From: Halobacteriales archaeon
Lineage (GTDB): Archaea; Halobacteriota; Halobacteria; Halobacteriales; SKSH01
Reading direction: 5' to 3'
NCBI GenBank assembly: GCA_007118145.1
Contig: SKSD01000015.1
Location: 11,268 to 75,267 of the forward strand
Length of the DNA: 64,000 nucleotides
In this document: piece by piece, positions 10,014-19,197 of the stretch
How positions within the stretch are numbered: the first letter of the stretch is position 1
Layout of the letters: each line of letters opens with the position of its first letter
Notes under the pieces: model-generated
Seen by the model: the letters and a program-made list of their open reading frames with translations, nothing else
What the model was told of the DNA's origin: nothing
Databases searched by the model: none
Position numbers and translations under genes: made by a program

Positions 10014-11237
10014 TCAGGATGAGGACACGAGTGCACGGTGTGTCTCGGCGATACGTCGCACCTCACCGATACCGAGTACACCTCGCTCCGTGCAATATCC
10101 GCTAATCAGGTGTGCAGGTGTCCGGTCGAACCTCGGGGTGAACACCTCGATGGACTCGCGTCCGTCGTAGATCGAACCCGGGTGGACGCGTTCGACTGGG
10201 CCGGGCGTATCGTCACAGAGTTTCGCCGTGGCCGTGACGACATAGACAGGAATGGACATGGCGTTGGCCACAGTCGCCAGTGTGAACGACCCAAGCTTGT
10301 TCGTCACACGGCCTTTTGCATCGACGCCATCGGCACCGAGCAGGACGACCTCGGCCTCAGAGAGTAACTCGGCGAATGCGGCATCTGGTCCAAGGATCAC
10401 ATCGAATCGATCGGCGAGCTCGGTCGCAACCTCGATACCCTCCTCACCGGGATGTGCGACCGTCGTGATGATGCGGTCAGGGTCGATCGTACTGAGAGCG
10501 TGCATGACCGTCTCCGATCTCGAGAACACGAAGACGTTCGCTACCTGACCCACCTCGTTCGCAACTGTGCGAGCGGCGTGTCGGTCAGCATGTTCAGCCT
10601 CGTCGGCGAGTGACATCGACCGCTCGAGGACGGTCTCAGCAGCAGTGCCCTCCCTCGTCGCTAACGCGGTGCGCACCTTCAGGGCGACCATATCCGGTCG
10701 GGCTGAGCGAAGCTCCTTTGCGAGACTTGCTAACTCATCATCACCAGTTTCCCCGTGTGAGGTCAATCCAGCCGCCCTGTCGCGAAGCACCTCGAGTGCA
10801 CGGAGTGAGAGGTAGGTCGAACCGTGTGTGGTGTCCGCACTGATCGATCGGACGGTTGGTGCGACTGACTCGTACAGTCGCCACAATGAAGGCGTGGTCT
10901 CTCGAGACAGTATCGCAGGTGGCTGAACCCACTCGACCGTTCCAAATGCCGCCACGTCGAGATCAGTCGATACCACCTCGACGAGGATCGGTGTGCGTAC
11001 AAGTGAGGTATGTCTGTGGGTGACTTCGATCGGTTGACCTGAACGGATGAACGTACCCGGCTCACCTCCGATCGATTCCAGCCAGTCGAGCACATGCTCG
11101 GAGATGGTCGTCTCATCGTCAATATCGACCAATGGTACACCCCACCGATGCCCAGTTGCGCTTGATTCGCCAGGTGAGGAGACGAGCATAATCCGCACAC
11201 CATGGCGAATGAAGACCGCTGCCTGTGCCTCGGTCAT
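10014..11237 (-). CDS. eIF-2B alpha/beta/delta family protein (ribose-1,5-bisphosphate isomerase-like) with extra N-terminal domain
   Basis: The C-terminal ~280 aa carry the eIF2B/MtnA-family pattern (THGSTYLSLRALE, VFVFSRSETV, LLGADGV, VTNKLGS). The N-terminal ~125 aa look like a degenerate NUDIX fold. Confidence 0.75.
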   Translation of the reverse strand: MTEAQAAVFIRHGVRIMLVSSPGESSATGHRWGVPLVDIDDETTISEHVLDWLESIGGEPGTFIRSGQPIEVTHRHTSLVRTPILVEVVSTDLDVAAFGTVEWVQPPAILSRETTPSLWRLYESVAPTVRSISADTTHGSTYLSLRALEVLRDRAAGLTSHGETGDDELASLAKELRSARPDMVALKVRTALATREGTAAETVLERSMSLADEAEHADRHAARTVANEVGQVANVFVFSRSETVMHALSTIDPDRIITTVAHPGEEGIEVATELADRFDVILGPDAAFAELLSEAEVVLLGADGVDAKGRVTNKLGSFTLATVANAMSIPVYVVTATAKLCDDTPGPVERVHPGSIYDGRESIEVFTPRFDRTPAHLISGYCTERGVLGIGEVRRIAETHRALVSSS

Positions 11238-11309
11238 ATCCGAACAAACGCACCGGCTCGCCTACCTGTTTCGACTTTGCGACACGGCGAATGAACTATA
11301 CACGGTGCG

Positions 11310-11813
11310 ATGGTCACCCAACTCATGCAGACGATCGCAATCCTCTCAGATACCCATATCCCATCCCGGGCTGCCAAGTTGCCAGACTGGGTCGAGACAG
11401 AGATCAGCGATGCGGACATCGTCCTTCATGCTGGTGATTTCGATTCAATCGATGCGTGCGAACGTGTCCGAGCACTCTCAACAGAGTTGATCGCCGTAGA
11501 GGGGAACGCCGACCCAGACCTCGGCCTCCCCGAGATGGTGGAGGTAACGGTGGAGGAGTGCAGCTTTGTCCTCACCCACGGAAGTGGATCACTCAATGAC
11601 TATCCCGGGCGCATCCGATCACTCCTCGAGGGATATACTGAACCTGTCGTCCTGATCGCCGGGCATAGTCACGAGCTGACCGATGAGCGCATCGGACCAC
11701 ATCGCTTCATCAACCCAGGTAGTGCAACGGGTATCTCACCAGCAGAACGTGCCTCGATGGTCATTGCATCGGTCGACGCTGGCCGCCTCGATACCGACGT
11801 AAAAACCAACTGA
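11310..11813 (+). CDS. YfcE/MJ0936-type metallophosphoesterase
   Basis: Motifs IAILSDTHIP, HAGDF, EGNAD, THGS and AGHSH. Confidence 0.8.
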   Translation: MVTQLMQTIAILSDTHIPSRAAKLPDWVETEISDADIVLHAGDFDSIDACERVRALSTELIAVEGNADPDLGLPEMVEVTVEECSFVLTHGSGSLNDYPGRIRSLLEGYTEPVVLIAGHSHELTDERIGPHRFINPGSATGISPAERASMVIASVDAGRLDTDVKTN

Positions 11814-11857
11814 CGAACCCGAGGAGCTTTTCGTCACAATCGACCAATCCCAATCGT

Positions 11858-12619
11858 ATGCGTATCCGGACTGTCGAGGGGATTCCCGAGATTCAAGCTG
11901 GCGATGACATCGCTAGTATCCTTGACTCGTTGGATTCCCCTGGTGCTGACGACGTGGTTGTCATCGCGAGTACAATCGTCTCCAAGGCCGAGGGTCGGTC
12001 TCGCCGACTCGAGGAGTTCACACCGAGCGAACGTGCCAACGACATCGCCAGACGCCTTTGCGAGCGAAGTGGCGAGGAGAAAGATCCTCGTTTCGCACAG
12101 GCAGTGCTCGAGGAGTCAACCGAACTCCTGATCGAAGACCCGTTCCTGTTGACCGTGACGCACTTCGGGCATATCGGCGTCAACGCCGGTATCGACCGGA
12201 CGAATGTTGGCGATGGGTCAGATATCTTATTGCTCCCAGAAGATCCGATCGAGAGTGCGAGACGGATCAGCACACACCTCAATAACCGACCGCCAGTAAT
12301 CATCTCAGACACATCTGGTCGACCGTTTCGCTATGGCCAGCGTGGGGTGGCCATCGGATGGGCTAACATCCCAGCAACGAGAGATTGGCGAGGGGCCACC
12401 GACCGTCAGGGACGGACCCTCCACGTGACGGTTGAGGCTATCGTTGATGAACTGGCGGCGGCGGCGAATCTGGTGACGGGTGAATCAGACGAGGGACGAC
12501 CCGTCGCGTATGTCGAGGATTGGTTGCCTGCTGATCTCGATGGTGGTGATCGGCTATTCAGGGCTGTTGAGAGCGACTTCGTTCGTCAGGCACTGCGTGG
12601 GTGGCGATATGATTCGTAG
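11858..12619 (+). CDS. cofE: coenzyme F420-0:L-glutamate ligase
   Basis: N-terminus VEGIPEIQAGDDIA plus VVIASTIVSKAEGR and NAGID motifs. 253 aa. Confidence 0.8.
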   Translation: MRIRTVEGIPEIQAGDDIASILDSLDSPGADDVVVIASTIVSKAEGRSRRLEEFTPSERANDIARRLCERSGEEKDPRFAQAVLEESTELLIEDPFLLTVTHFGHIGVNAGIDRTNVGDGSDILLLPEDPIESARRISTHLNNRPPVIISDTSGRPFRYGQRGVAIGWANIPATRDWRGATDRQGRTLHVTVEAIVDELAAAANLVTGESDEGRPVAYVEDWLPADLDGGDRLFRAVESDFVRQALRGWRYDS

Positions 12620-12620
12620 C

Positions 12621-12797
12621 TCACCTGGGGACAATGGCGGCGATGATGCCACCGACCGTCAACCAACCGAAGATGACGACAGCCACACCGACAAGTATCG
12701 CACCCATCAAGATGAGTAGGGCAGATAACGGGTCGACGCTTGCCGCCGTCGTGAAGTGGTCGATGAGGTCGACGAATACCTCAATCGGAGAGACCAT
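12621..12797 (-). CDS. 58-aa single-TM membrane protein (below ORF-track cutoff)
   Basis: My hand translation of the minus strand gives MVSPIEVFVDLIDHFTTAASVDPLSALLILMGAILVGVAVVIFGWLTVGGIIAAIVPR. It has an ATG start and a TGA stop, G/C-ending codons, an acidic N-terminus and one hydrophobic helix. The overlapping plus-strand ORF 12634..12849 is Thr/Ala/Pro-rich and non-acidic. Confidence 0.45.
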   Translation of the reverse strand: MVSPIEVFVDLIDHFTTAASVDPLSALLILMGAILVGVAVVIFGWLTVGGIIAAIVPR

Positions 12798-12871
12798 GAC
12801 TGATGCTCACCAGCGGGGAACCTTGACCGTACCGGTCGAGTCGCCGTAAAGGCTTTTTGCCAAGACGGTCG

Positions 12872-13072
12872 ATGGTGTCAAACGTGAGTCGGAACGCGAC
12901 ACTCGACGAGTTCGGTGGTGCCTCTGGTGGCGATGACGGGCCGAGGCCGATCGAGACCGTGCTGACCTGGGATGCTACCCCAGCAGATTGTCCCAGGTGT
13001 GGAATGAGAATCTGCGAGCGATGGAATGATGGTGCGATACGCGGCGTCTGCTCAGATTGTAAAGACTGGTAG
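12872..13072 (+). CDS. small CPxCG-type zinc-finger protein
   Basis: Carries CPRCG and CSDC. The N-terminal ..ATLDEFGG.. is typical of small haloarchaeal zinc-ribbon proteins. ATG at 12872; the track start at 12857 is TTG. Confidence 0.6.
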   Translation: MVSNVSRNATLDEFGGASGGDDGPRPIETVLTWDATPADCPRCGMRICERWNDGAIRGVCSDCKDW

Positions 13073-13202
13073 CCGAGCTTTCTCGCCCGACCTGGACAGT
13101 GGTCACGCACCATCCGGTACTCCCTCGTCAAGAGGTGTCACCCTGAGAAACGGCAGTGTTACAAGCACTGGGGTTATTGACATATATATGTGAGTCACTG
13201 CC

Positions 13203-14243
13203 ATGGCCGTCCCCGTCGTTGGCAGTTCACAAACATCCCCCCACCGACCCATGAACGAGTCAGATAACACCACCCAGCGAGGTACCGTCGACCAACCTGA
13301 CGATGAACCCCTGACTCACGATATCACGGCCGTCGCCACGACTGCCGAGGAGGTCATCGATAACGTCGGCGGCATCCTCGTCGGCCACAGAGATACCGTC
13401 GAGCATGTCCTCATCGCCGTCCTTGCTCGTGGGCATGTGATGCTCGAGGATGTCCCCGGTGTCGGCAAGACCATGCTGTCGAAGGCATTGGCAGGATCGA
13501 TCGATTGTTCGTTCCGACGTATCCAGTTCACCCCAGACCTACTGCCTTCAGATATCACCGGCGTCAATGTGTTCAACCAGAAGACACAGTCGTTCGAGTT
13601 CCAGCCCGGTCCGATCTTCGCCAACATCGTCCTCGGTGACGAGATCAACCGGGCACCACCGAAGACACAAAGCGCGATGCTGGAGGCGATGGAGGAACAG
13701 CAGGTCACAATCGATGGCATCACCCACCAGTTGCCACACCCGTTCACCGTCATGGCTACCCGAAATATCGTCGAGCCACACCGCACCTATGAACTACCGA
13801 TCGCCGAACTCGACCGGTTCATGAAGACCGTCAAGATGGGCTACCCCAGCGAACGACAGGAGATTGAGTTGCTCGAGCGTGTCGTCGGCGATCACCCGAT
13901 CGAGGAACTCGAGCCGGTGATCGATACCGAAGGGGTACGCGACGCACAGATCGCCGTGTCGAACGTCACGATTGAGGAACCGATCAGACTCTATGCCACC
14001 AAACTTGCCACACGGACGCGCAAGCGTGCTGATCTCGGTGCGAGCCCACGCGGGACCATCGCCTTACTGAGAGCCTCACAGGCACGGGCGGCGATCAACG
14101 GGCGCGACTATGTCATCCCCGACGATGTCAAGGATGAGGCTGTGCATGTCCTCGCCCACCGCGTACGACCCACACTCGAAGACAGTGAGCTCGATGGCAC
14201 ACAGTTGGTCAAGGAGGCGCTTGACGACGTACCCATCCCATAA
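13203..14243 (+). CDS. MoxR-family AAA+ ATPase
   Basis: Walker A EDVPGVGKT, Walker B LGDEINRA and the TPDLLPSDITG motif. An alternative start lies at MNESD (13251). Confidence 0.9.
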   Translation: MAVPVVGSSQTSPHRPMNESDNTTQRGTVDQPDDEPLTHDITAVATTAEEVIDNVGGILVGHRDTVEHVLIAVLARGHVMLEDVPGVGKTMLSKALAGSIDCSFRRIQFTPDLLPSDITGVNVFNQKTQSFEFQPGPIFANIVLGDEINRAPPKTQSAMLEAMEEQQVTIDGITHQLPHPFTVMATRNIVEPHRTYELPIAELDRFMKTVKMGYPSERQEIELLERVVGDHPIEELEPVIDTEGVRDAQIAVSNVTIEEPIRLYATKLATRTRKRADLGASPRGTIALLRASQARAAINGRDYVIPDDVKDEAVHVLAHRVRPTLEDSELDGTQLVKEALDDVPIP

Positions 14244-14254
14244 GGACCGTAGCG

Positions 14255-15307
14255 ATGGTAACCAATACTAACGTCCCCCTGACCCGACGAGGATGGTTCG
14301 TGGTGGGTACCATCCTCGTGGTATTCATCCTCGGACTGCTGTTCGGTCCGAGGTCGCTCAATGCCGTCTTCGCCCCTGCATTCATCGCCCTCGTTGTCGC
14401 ACTGTGGCAGGTGCGGCGTGTCGACCGGCCAGGGATGCAACGGCATATTCCCGAGGACGGTACGGTCGGTGAACAGGTCACCGTCGAGATCGAAAGTACC
14501 TCGGAGACAGACCATCTCGGTCGAATCGCTGATCAGGTATCCGACGGCCTCATGGCAAAAGGGAACGAGGCAGCGATCGATATCGATCGCGGACACATAT
14601 ATGAGCTGACACTCCGTCAACGTGGTCGACATCACGTCGGGCCGATGTCGGTATCGGTAACCGATATCTTCGGCCTGGCAGAACGTACCTTCGAGTATCG
14701 CGCGATCGACGAACTGCTCGTCTACCCACGTACCTACGATATCGGTTCAGAGGGGCTCGAACGACTTGCCAGATTGGCAGGTATCAGATTACACCGAGAG
14801 CGCCACGAGTTCGATCGACTTCGCGAGTACCGACCAGAGGACTCACTCCGTGATATCCACTGGAAAACGAGTGCGAAACGACCTGATGTCGACTTCATCG
14901 TCAAAGAGTTCGTCCGTGAGACCGACCGAGGGACGTTGTTACTGTCGGGTGAGTCATCGGATGAGGGTGATGATGCGCTCGCTGATATCCTTGCGAGTCT
15001 CAGCACAGCCCTACTCAGACGTGGTATCAATGTCTCACTCGAGACAGCCGATGGTAGCATCGAACCGACAGCCGGCGTCGATGATCTCACCCGGATTCTG
15101 ATCGCTCTCGCCACCCTCGGACCCGGTAAGCCGAGTCGACATGGTGACGTCCACGTGATCGCTAATGGCCCAGACGTGCGTGCGGCCACCATCGAGATCG
15201 GAGACGAACAGCTCAGCTTCGCTTCCCTCATGGGTGGCGATCGATCCACGGCAGCTGAGGAAGAGGCCGCACTTGCACAGGTTCCTGCTCAGGGGGTGGC
15301 TGACTGA
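14255..15307 (+). CDS. DUF58 domain protein (vWA-like, MoxR partner)
   Basis: N-terminal two-TM hairpin plus the DFRDYRPGD-like REYRPEDSLRDIHWKTSAK signature. Located 11 nt after the moxR stop. Confidence 0.85.
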   Translation: MVTNTNVPLTRRGWFVVGTILVVFILGLLFGPRSLNAVFAPAFIALVVALWQVRRVDRPGMQRHIPEDGTVGEQVTVEIESTSETDHLGRIADQVSDGLMAKGNEAAIDIDRGHIYELTLRQRGRHHVGPMSVSVTDIFGLAERTFEYRAIDELLVYPRTYDIGSEGLERLARLAGIRLHRERHEFDRLREYRPEDSLRDIHWKTSAKRPDVDFIVKEFVRETDRGTLLLSGESSDEGDDALADILASLSTALLRRGINVSLETADGSIEPTAGVDDLTRILIALATLGPGKPSRHGDVHVIANGPDVRAATIEIGDEQLSFASLMGGDRSTAAEEEAALAQVPAQGVAD

Positions 15308-17616
15308 TGGGAGTCGCTAACACCGTCGACCGATTCGAGTGGTTCACCCTCGAGGACGAGGTCGATTACTACCGTGTCGGCGCTCTGGTCGGACTCGCGA
15401 TGGTGAGTGCGGCATCGGTCAGGATGCTGTATGAGATCACGGTGATCCTCGGGGGTTCGACGAGGCTGTTGATCGGTGTGACTGCGGCTATCATCGCCGC
15501 GTGGCTGGTCGCCAAGCGATTCCCGCTACGTACCGCGCTGTACATCTTCAGCGGGTTGGTGTTTATCAGTTATCTGTGGTATTTCTTCGCTGTCGGTGGT
15601 GATCTCAGGATGATCGTGACCACACCGTACCTGATCATCGCGCACACGTTGGATGATACCATCACCATCCTGACCGGGATGTCGGTACTCACCATCGGTG
15701 AGACCGATGTCTGGGCACGTTCGTTCGCACCTGCCCCGATCTTCCTGGCATGGTATCTGGGCTTTCGCCGGCGATACGCGCTTGCCAGCATGGTTGCAGG
15801 TGGGATGATGCTCGTGTTCGTCTTCTCTGGCGACCTCGGCTGGTGGTGGACACTCTTTGGGAGTACGGGAATCGTTCTGACCCTCGGCTTTGGCGCCTTC
15901 GAAGCACGACGTGCGTCGGTGAAACACGTCGAGTGGCTCGTGATCATCATCGCAGTCATGGCCACCACGGCTCTGTTGGTGCCGTTCATCCCGGGTGGTG
16001 GGGCGATGGGGCCGCTCTCGTTCATCGATGACGATACCGAGGGTAATCACTCCACGATCGAATCGAACGTGGTCGGTTCCGGGAGTGAACTACGGATTGT
16101 AGGTGAGGTCGACCTCTCCCCAACGGTACGGTACACCATCGAAAGCAGCGATGATGTCTACTGGCGCACCGGTATCTACGACAGATACACCGGATCGGGA
16201 TGGGTGCGCACCGGCGATCTTGAGCCCTATACTGGACCGCAAGACGGACCTGAGAGTGGCCAGACAGTGATTCAGGACGTCCGTATCGAGTCACCGATCG
16301 ACCGTCTGCCAGCGGCGAGTCGGCCGACATCTATCTCCGGCATGGGTGACATATCCGTGAGCGAGCATGGTTCCTTCGTGGCCGATGAGCAACTCGAACC
16401 TGGGACGACCTATCGGGTTGCCAGTGTCCTTCCTGACCCTGCAGATATCGACGAAGACGGTGACTATCCGACCGCACTTTACGAGCATTACACGCAACTC
16501 CCAGAGGACATGCCATCACGAGTCCACGACGTGACCGCCGAGCTCACCGAAGGGGCTGACGGACCGGTAGAGAAGGCGCAGATCATCGAGGCATGGTTGC
16601 AACACGAGAAGGACTATTCGTGGAACGTGTCCCGCCCATCGGGTGATGTCGCGGATGCGTTTATCTTCGAGATGGATGCCGGATACTGTACATATTTCGC
16701 CACCGCGATGGTCGCCATGTTGCGCTCGGCTGATGTACCCGCCCGGATGGCGGTGGGATACGCGAACGGCCAGCAGGTCGACGATGACCGGTACGTTGTC
16801 AGAGGGATGAACTCACACGCATGGGTTGAGGTATACGTCCCTGATGCGGGATGGATGACGTTCGACCCGACACCACCTGCTGAGTGGTCAGGTGAGCGAA
16901 CAGATATTCTCGAGCAGGCACGTGAGGATGGCGTCGAGAACGTGGATACCGATGAATCAGCCGATCTCCCGTTCGATTATGAACCTGACCTGAACGGAGA
17001 TGGCGATGAGAACGATACCATCAATGATACCGATCAGAACGGTCTCGATGATGACGACCAACTCATCGGTGGCCCGGATGACCCGATCCCCGAGCCAGGG
17101 GCCGTGCACGACTTCGGGATAGATCTCGATGAGTTCCGTGCACAAGACACGGGCGGCCAGCTACCAGGAGATGACGATGAGGGCGTCTGGGGCCTCCCTG
17201 ATCGTGACGTGCTGGGGTTACTCGCGATTGTCCTGTCAGGCTTGATCGCCGGGGCACACCGGGTCAACGCACATGACCGCATGCGACGCCAACTCCGCCT
17301 GCGGTGGCATCGTCGAGCCTCGGGTTCGATCGATGACTTCAATCGCTCACTCGAGCGAGTGGAGTGGGTGTTGGCATCGAAATACCGACCGAGAAGACCA
17401 CACGAGACACAACGCAAGTATCACCGTCTCTATTCGATGTCTCATGACGATGCCCGGGTCGACCGGGTGTTCGAGCTCTGTGAGCAAGCGAGGTTCGCCG
17501 GCGAGATCGACAGCCAACGCGCCGAGGAGGTCGTCAAGCTCACCAACGAGATCGTCGCCGATACGGTAGTATTCGGCGGCCGATTGCTCCCATCGAGGTC
17601 AAACACCGCCTCGTAG
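15307..17616 (+). CDS. transglutaminase-domain membrane protein with acidic linker and DUF4129-like C-terminus
   Basis: Polytopic N-terminus and a Cys-His-Asp core ([23 protein letters not shown]). The C-terminal part has RPHETQRKY and ARFAG. Its ATG overlaps the DUF58 stop (TGATG). Confidence 0.85.
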   Translation: MGVANTVDRFEWFTLEDEVDYYRVGALVGLAMVSAASVRMLYEITVILGGSTRLLIGVTAAIIAAWLVAKRFPLRTALYIFSGLVFISYLWYFFAVGGDLRMIVTTPYLIIAHTLDDTITILTGMSVLTIGETDVWARSFAPAPIFLAWYLGFRRRYALASMVAGGMMLVFVFSGDLGWWWTLFGSTGIVLTLGFGAFEARRASVKHVEWLVIIIAVMATTALLVPFIPGGGAMGPLSFIDDDTEGNHSTIESNVVGSGSELRIVGEVDLSPTVRYTIESSDDVYWRTGIYDRYTGSGWVRTGDLEPYTGPQDGPESGQTVIQDVRIESPIDRLPAASRPTSISGMGDISVSEHGSFVADEQLEPGTTYRVASVLPDPADIDEDGDYPTALYEHYTQLPEDMPSRVHDVTAELTEGADGPVEKAQIIEAWLQHEKDYSWNVSRPSGDVADAFIFEMDAGYCTYFATAMVAMLRSADVPARMAVGYANGQQVDDDRYVVRGMNSHAWVEVYVPDAGWMTFDPTPPAEWSGERTDILEQAREDGVENVDTDESADLPFDYEPDLNGDGDENDTINDTDQNGLDDDDQLIGGPDDPIPEPGAVHDFGIDLDEFRAQDTGGQLPGDDDEGVWGLPDRDVLGLLAIVLSGLIAGAHRVNAHDRMRRQLRLRWHRRASGSIDDFNRSLERVEWVLASKYRPRRPHETQRKYHRLYSMSHDDARVDRVFELCEQARFAGEIDSQRAEEVVKLTNEIVADTVVFGGRLLPSRSNTAS

Positions 17617-17662
17617 GTTGGCGACAGGATTTAGTAGCCACTGGACTTACCGTAATGTTGTA

Positions 17663-17956
17663 ATGCCGGAAGTCTGCTCGACGTGTGGATTACCCGAGGA
17701 GCTGTGCGTCTGTGAAGACGTCGCTCGGGAGTCACAACAGATCAACATCCGCATCGACGAGCGCCGATATGGTAAGGAGGTAACGATCCTTGAGGGGTTC
17801 GACCCACAGGATGTCGATGTAGACAGTCTCTCATCCGAACTCAAGTCAAAGTTCGCCTGTGGAGGTACTGTTGAGGAGGGTATCATCGAACTCCAGGGGA
17901 ATCACACCGATCGCATCGAGGACTTTCTCAAGGATAAGGGATTTAACGTCTCCTGA
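17663..17956 (+). CDS. translation initiation factor aSUI1 (eIF1)
   Basis: [13 protein letters not shown] zinc knuckle, [13 protein letters not shown] and FACGGTV. The ATG at 17663 is chosen over the upstream track start. Confidence 0.9.
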   Translation: MPEVCSTCGLPEELCVCEDVARESQQINIRIDERRYGKEVTILEGFDPQDVDVDSLSSELKSKFACGGTVEEGIIELQGNHTDRIEDFLKDKGFNVS

Positions 17957-18021
17957 GCCAGCTACGTACACGACGGTCGGAGATTCTCATAAGCACCGAT
18001 CATCACAGCGAACGCTCTGGG

Positions 18022-18552
18022 TCAGAGATACCCATCGGCAGCCGCGAGTAACAGACCTGAAATGCTCGCATCATTCGCAGGTTCTGTCCGGGCGATATCG
18101 ATCGCCTCAGCCCGAGGGACTCGTGTGACGGTGAGAAACTCGTTCTGATCGCGATCGCTCACTCCGGGTGTGAGCTCACTCGCAACGACAATGCCCCGCT
18201 CATGTCGCAACACCCCCGTCGCGACATGATACGTCTGGATAAGGCTGAGCGAGTCAGCCTCGAAACCTGTCTCCTCCTGGAGTTCACGTCGTCCAGCCTC
18301 GACGTAGTCTTCGCCATCCTCGACGATACCAGCAGGGAGTTCGAGATGGTGCTGTCGTACCGTGGGCCGGTATTGCTCGACAAACAACACGTCATCACCG
18401 TCAATGGCGACAATCACCACAGCTGCTGGCAGAGATGCCCAGTAGTACCGTTTGATCGTATCGTCGGGCTGTTCAACCAGATCATACCCACCCCGATACC
18501 ACCCGGTCTCGTACTCGGTGACCGCTTCGATGACCGGCCATTGCTCATCCAT
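18022..18552 (-). CDS. NUDIX hydrolase (ADP-ribose pyrophosphatase-like)
   Basis: Intact NUDIX box: AGIVEDGEDYVEAGRRELQEETGF. Confidence 0.85.
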   Translation of the reverse strand: MDEQWPVIEAVTEYETGWYRGGYDLVEQPDDTIKRYYWASLPAAVVIVAIDGDDVLFVEQYRPTVRQHHLELPAGIVEDGEDYVEAGRRELQEETGFEADSLSLIQTYHVATGVLRHERGIVVASELTPGVSDRDQNEFLTVTRVPRAEAIDIARTEPANDASISGLLLAAADGYL

Positions 18553-18600
18553 GCCTGAATCGCACGTGGCATCGACAATAACGCCCCCGGTTGGCCGTGT

Positions 18601-19116
18601 TCACCCGGTCTGATGACCAGCGATGGCTGCATCGATGGGCCGGGACATCACGAGGGCTGCCTCACCATCCTCATAATACTGTGGGATGCGCTTAATCACG
18701 CGAAATCCCCAGTGACGATAGAGTGCTATCGCACTCGAGTTACTCGGTCGAACCTCAAGACGCACACTCGAGAACTTCCCGTCTGGATACCGATTCACCG
18801 AGGCACGTATCAACCGACTCGCGACACCTTGGCGCCGGTATCGTGTATCGACCGCCAGGTTACGAATATGCAGAGCAGCGGAGTCATGCATGCCGGCTGG
18901 GGTGGTGACGATATAACCAGCAAGGTGACCATCGAGTGGTTGACCGGGCGTGTTCGTCATGCCCTCAACAGGGTCAATCGCCACCAGGAACCCTTCAGCA
19001 TCGCTGAATTCAGCGAACGCGTTGGCAGGCCATGGCTCACTGAAGCACTGTCGCTCAAGTGCAGCTATCGCCTTGAGGTCTGCCCGGTCGACCGGTCTGA
19101 TGTATGGGGATGGCAC
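18601..19116 (-). CDS. GNAT N-acetyltransferase, RimI/Ard1-like
   Basis: Has ERQCFSEPW, RRQGVASRLI (acetyl-CoA motif) and YRHWGF. GTG start. Confidence 0.8.
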   Translation of the reverse strand: MPSPYIRPVDRADLKAIAALERQCFSEPWPANAFAEFSDAEGFLVAIDPVEGMTNTPGQPLDGHLAGYIVTTPAGMHDSAALHIRNLAVDTRYRRQGVASRLIRASVNRYPDGKFSSVRLEVRPSNSSAIALYRHWGFRVIKRIPQYYEDGEAALVMSRPIDAAIAGHQTG

Positions 19117-19197
19117 CGAGGTACCAATACGTAGCCAGGGTATTTGATTGGCACTCTCACACGGACGGGCCTATCAAAGAATCGATGCGCCGGTTGC

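Noticed and set aside
12634-12849. The plus-strand 71-aa ORF listed in the track between cofE and the zinc-finger gene.
   Set aside because: It is Thr/Ala/Pro/Met-rich, basic and shows no hydrophobic or acidic pattern. The opposite strand gives a much more convincing 58-aa membrane protein.
14855-14875. A TCCACTGGAAA 11-mer resembling the core of archaeal origin recognition boxes.
   Set aside because: It is a single copy and lies inside the DUF58 signature codons (..IHWKTSAK..). There is no orc1/cdc6 gene, no AT-rich unwinding element and no repeated boxes nearby.
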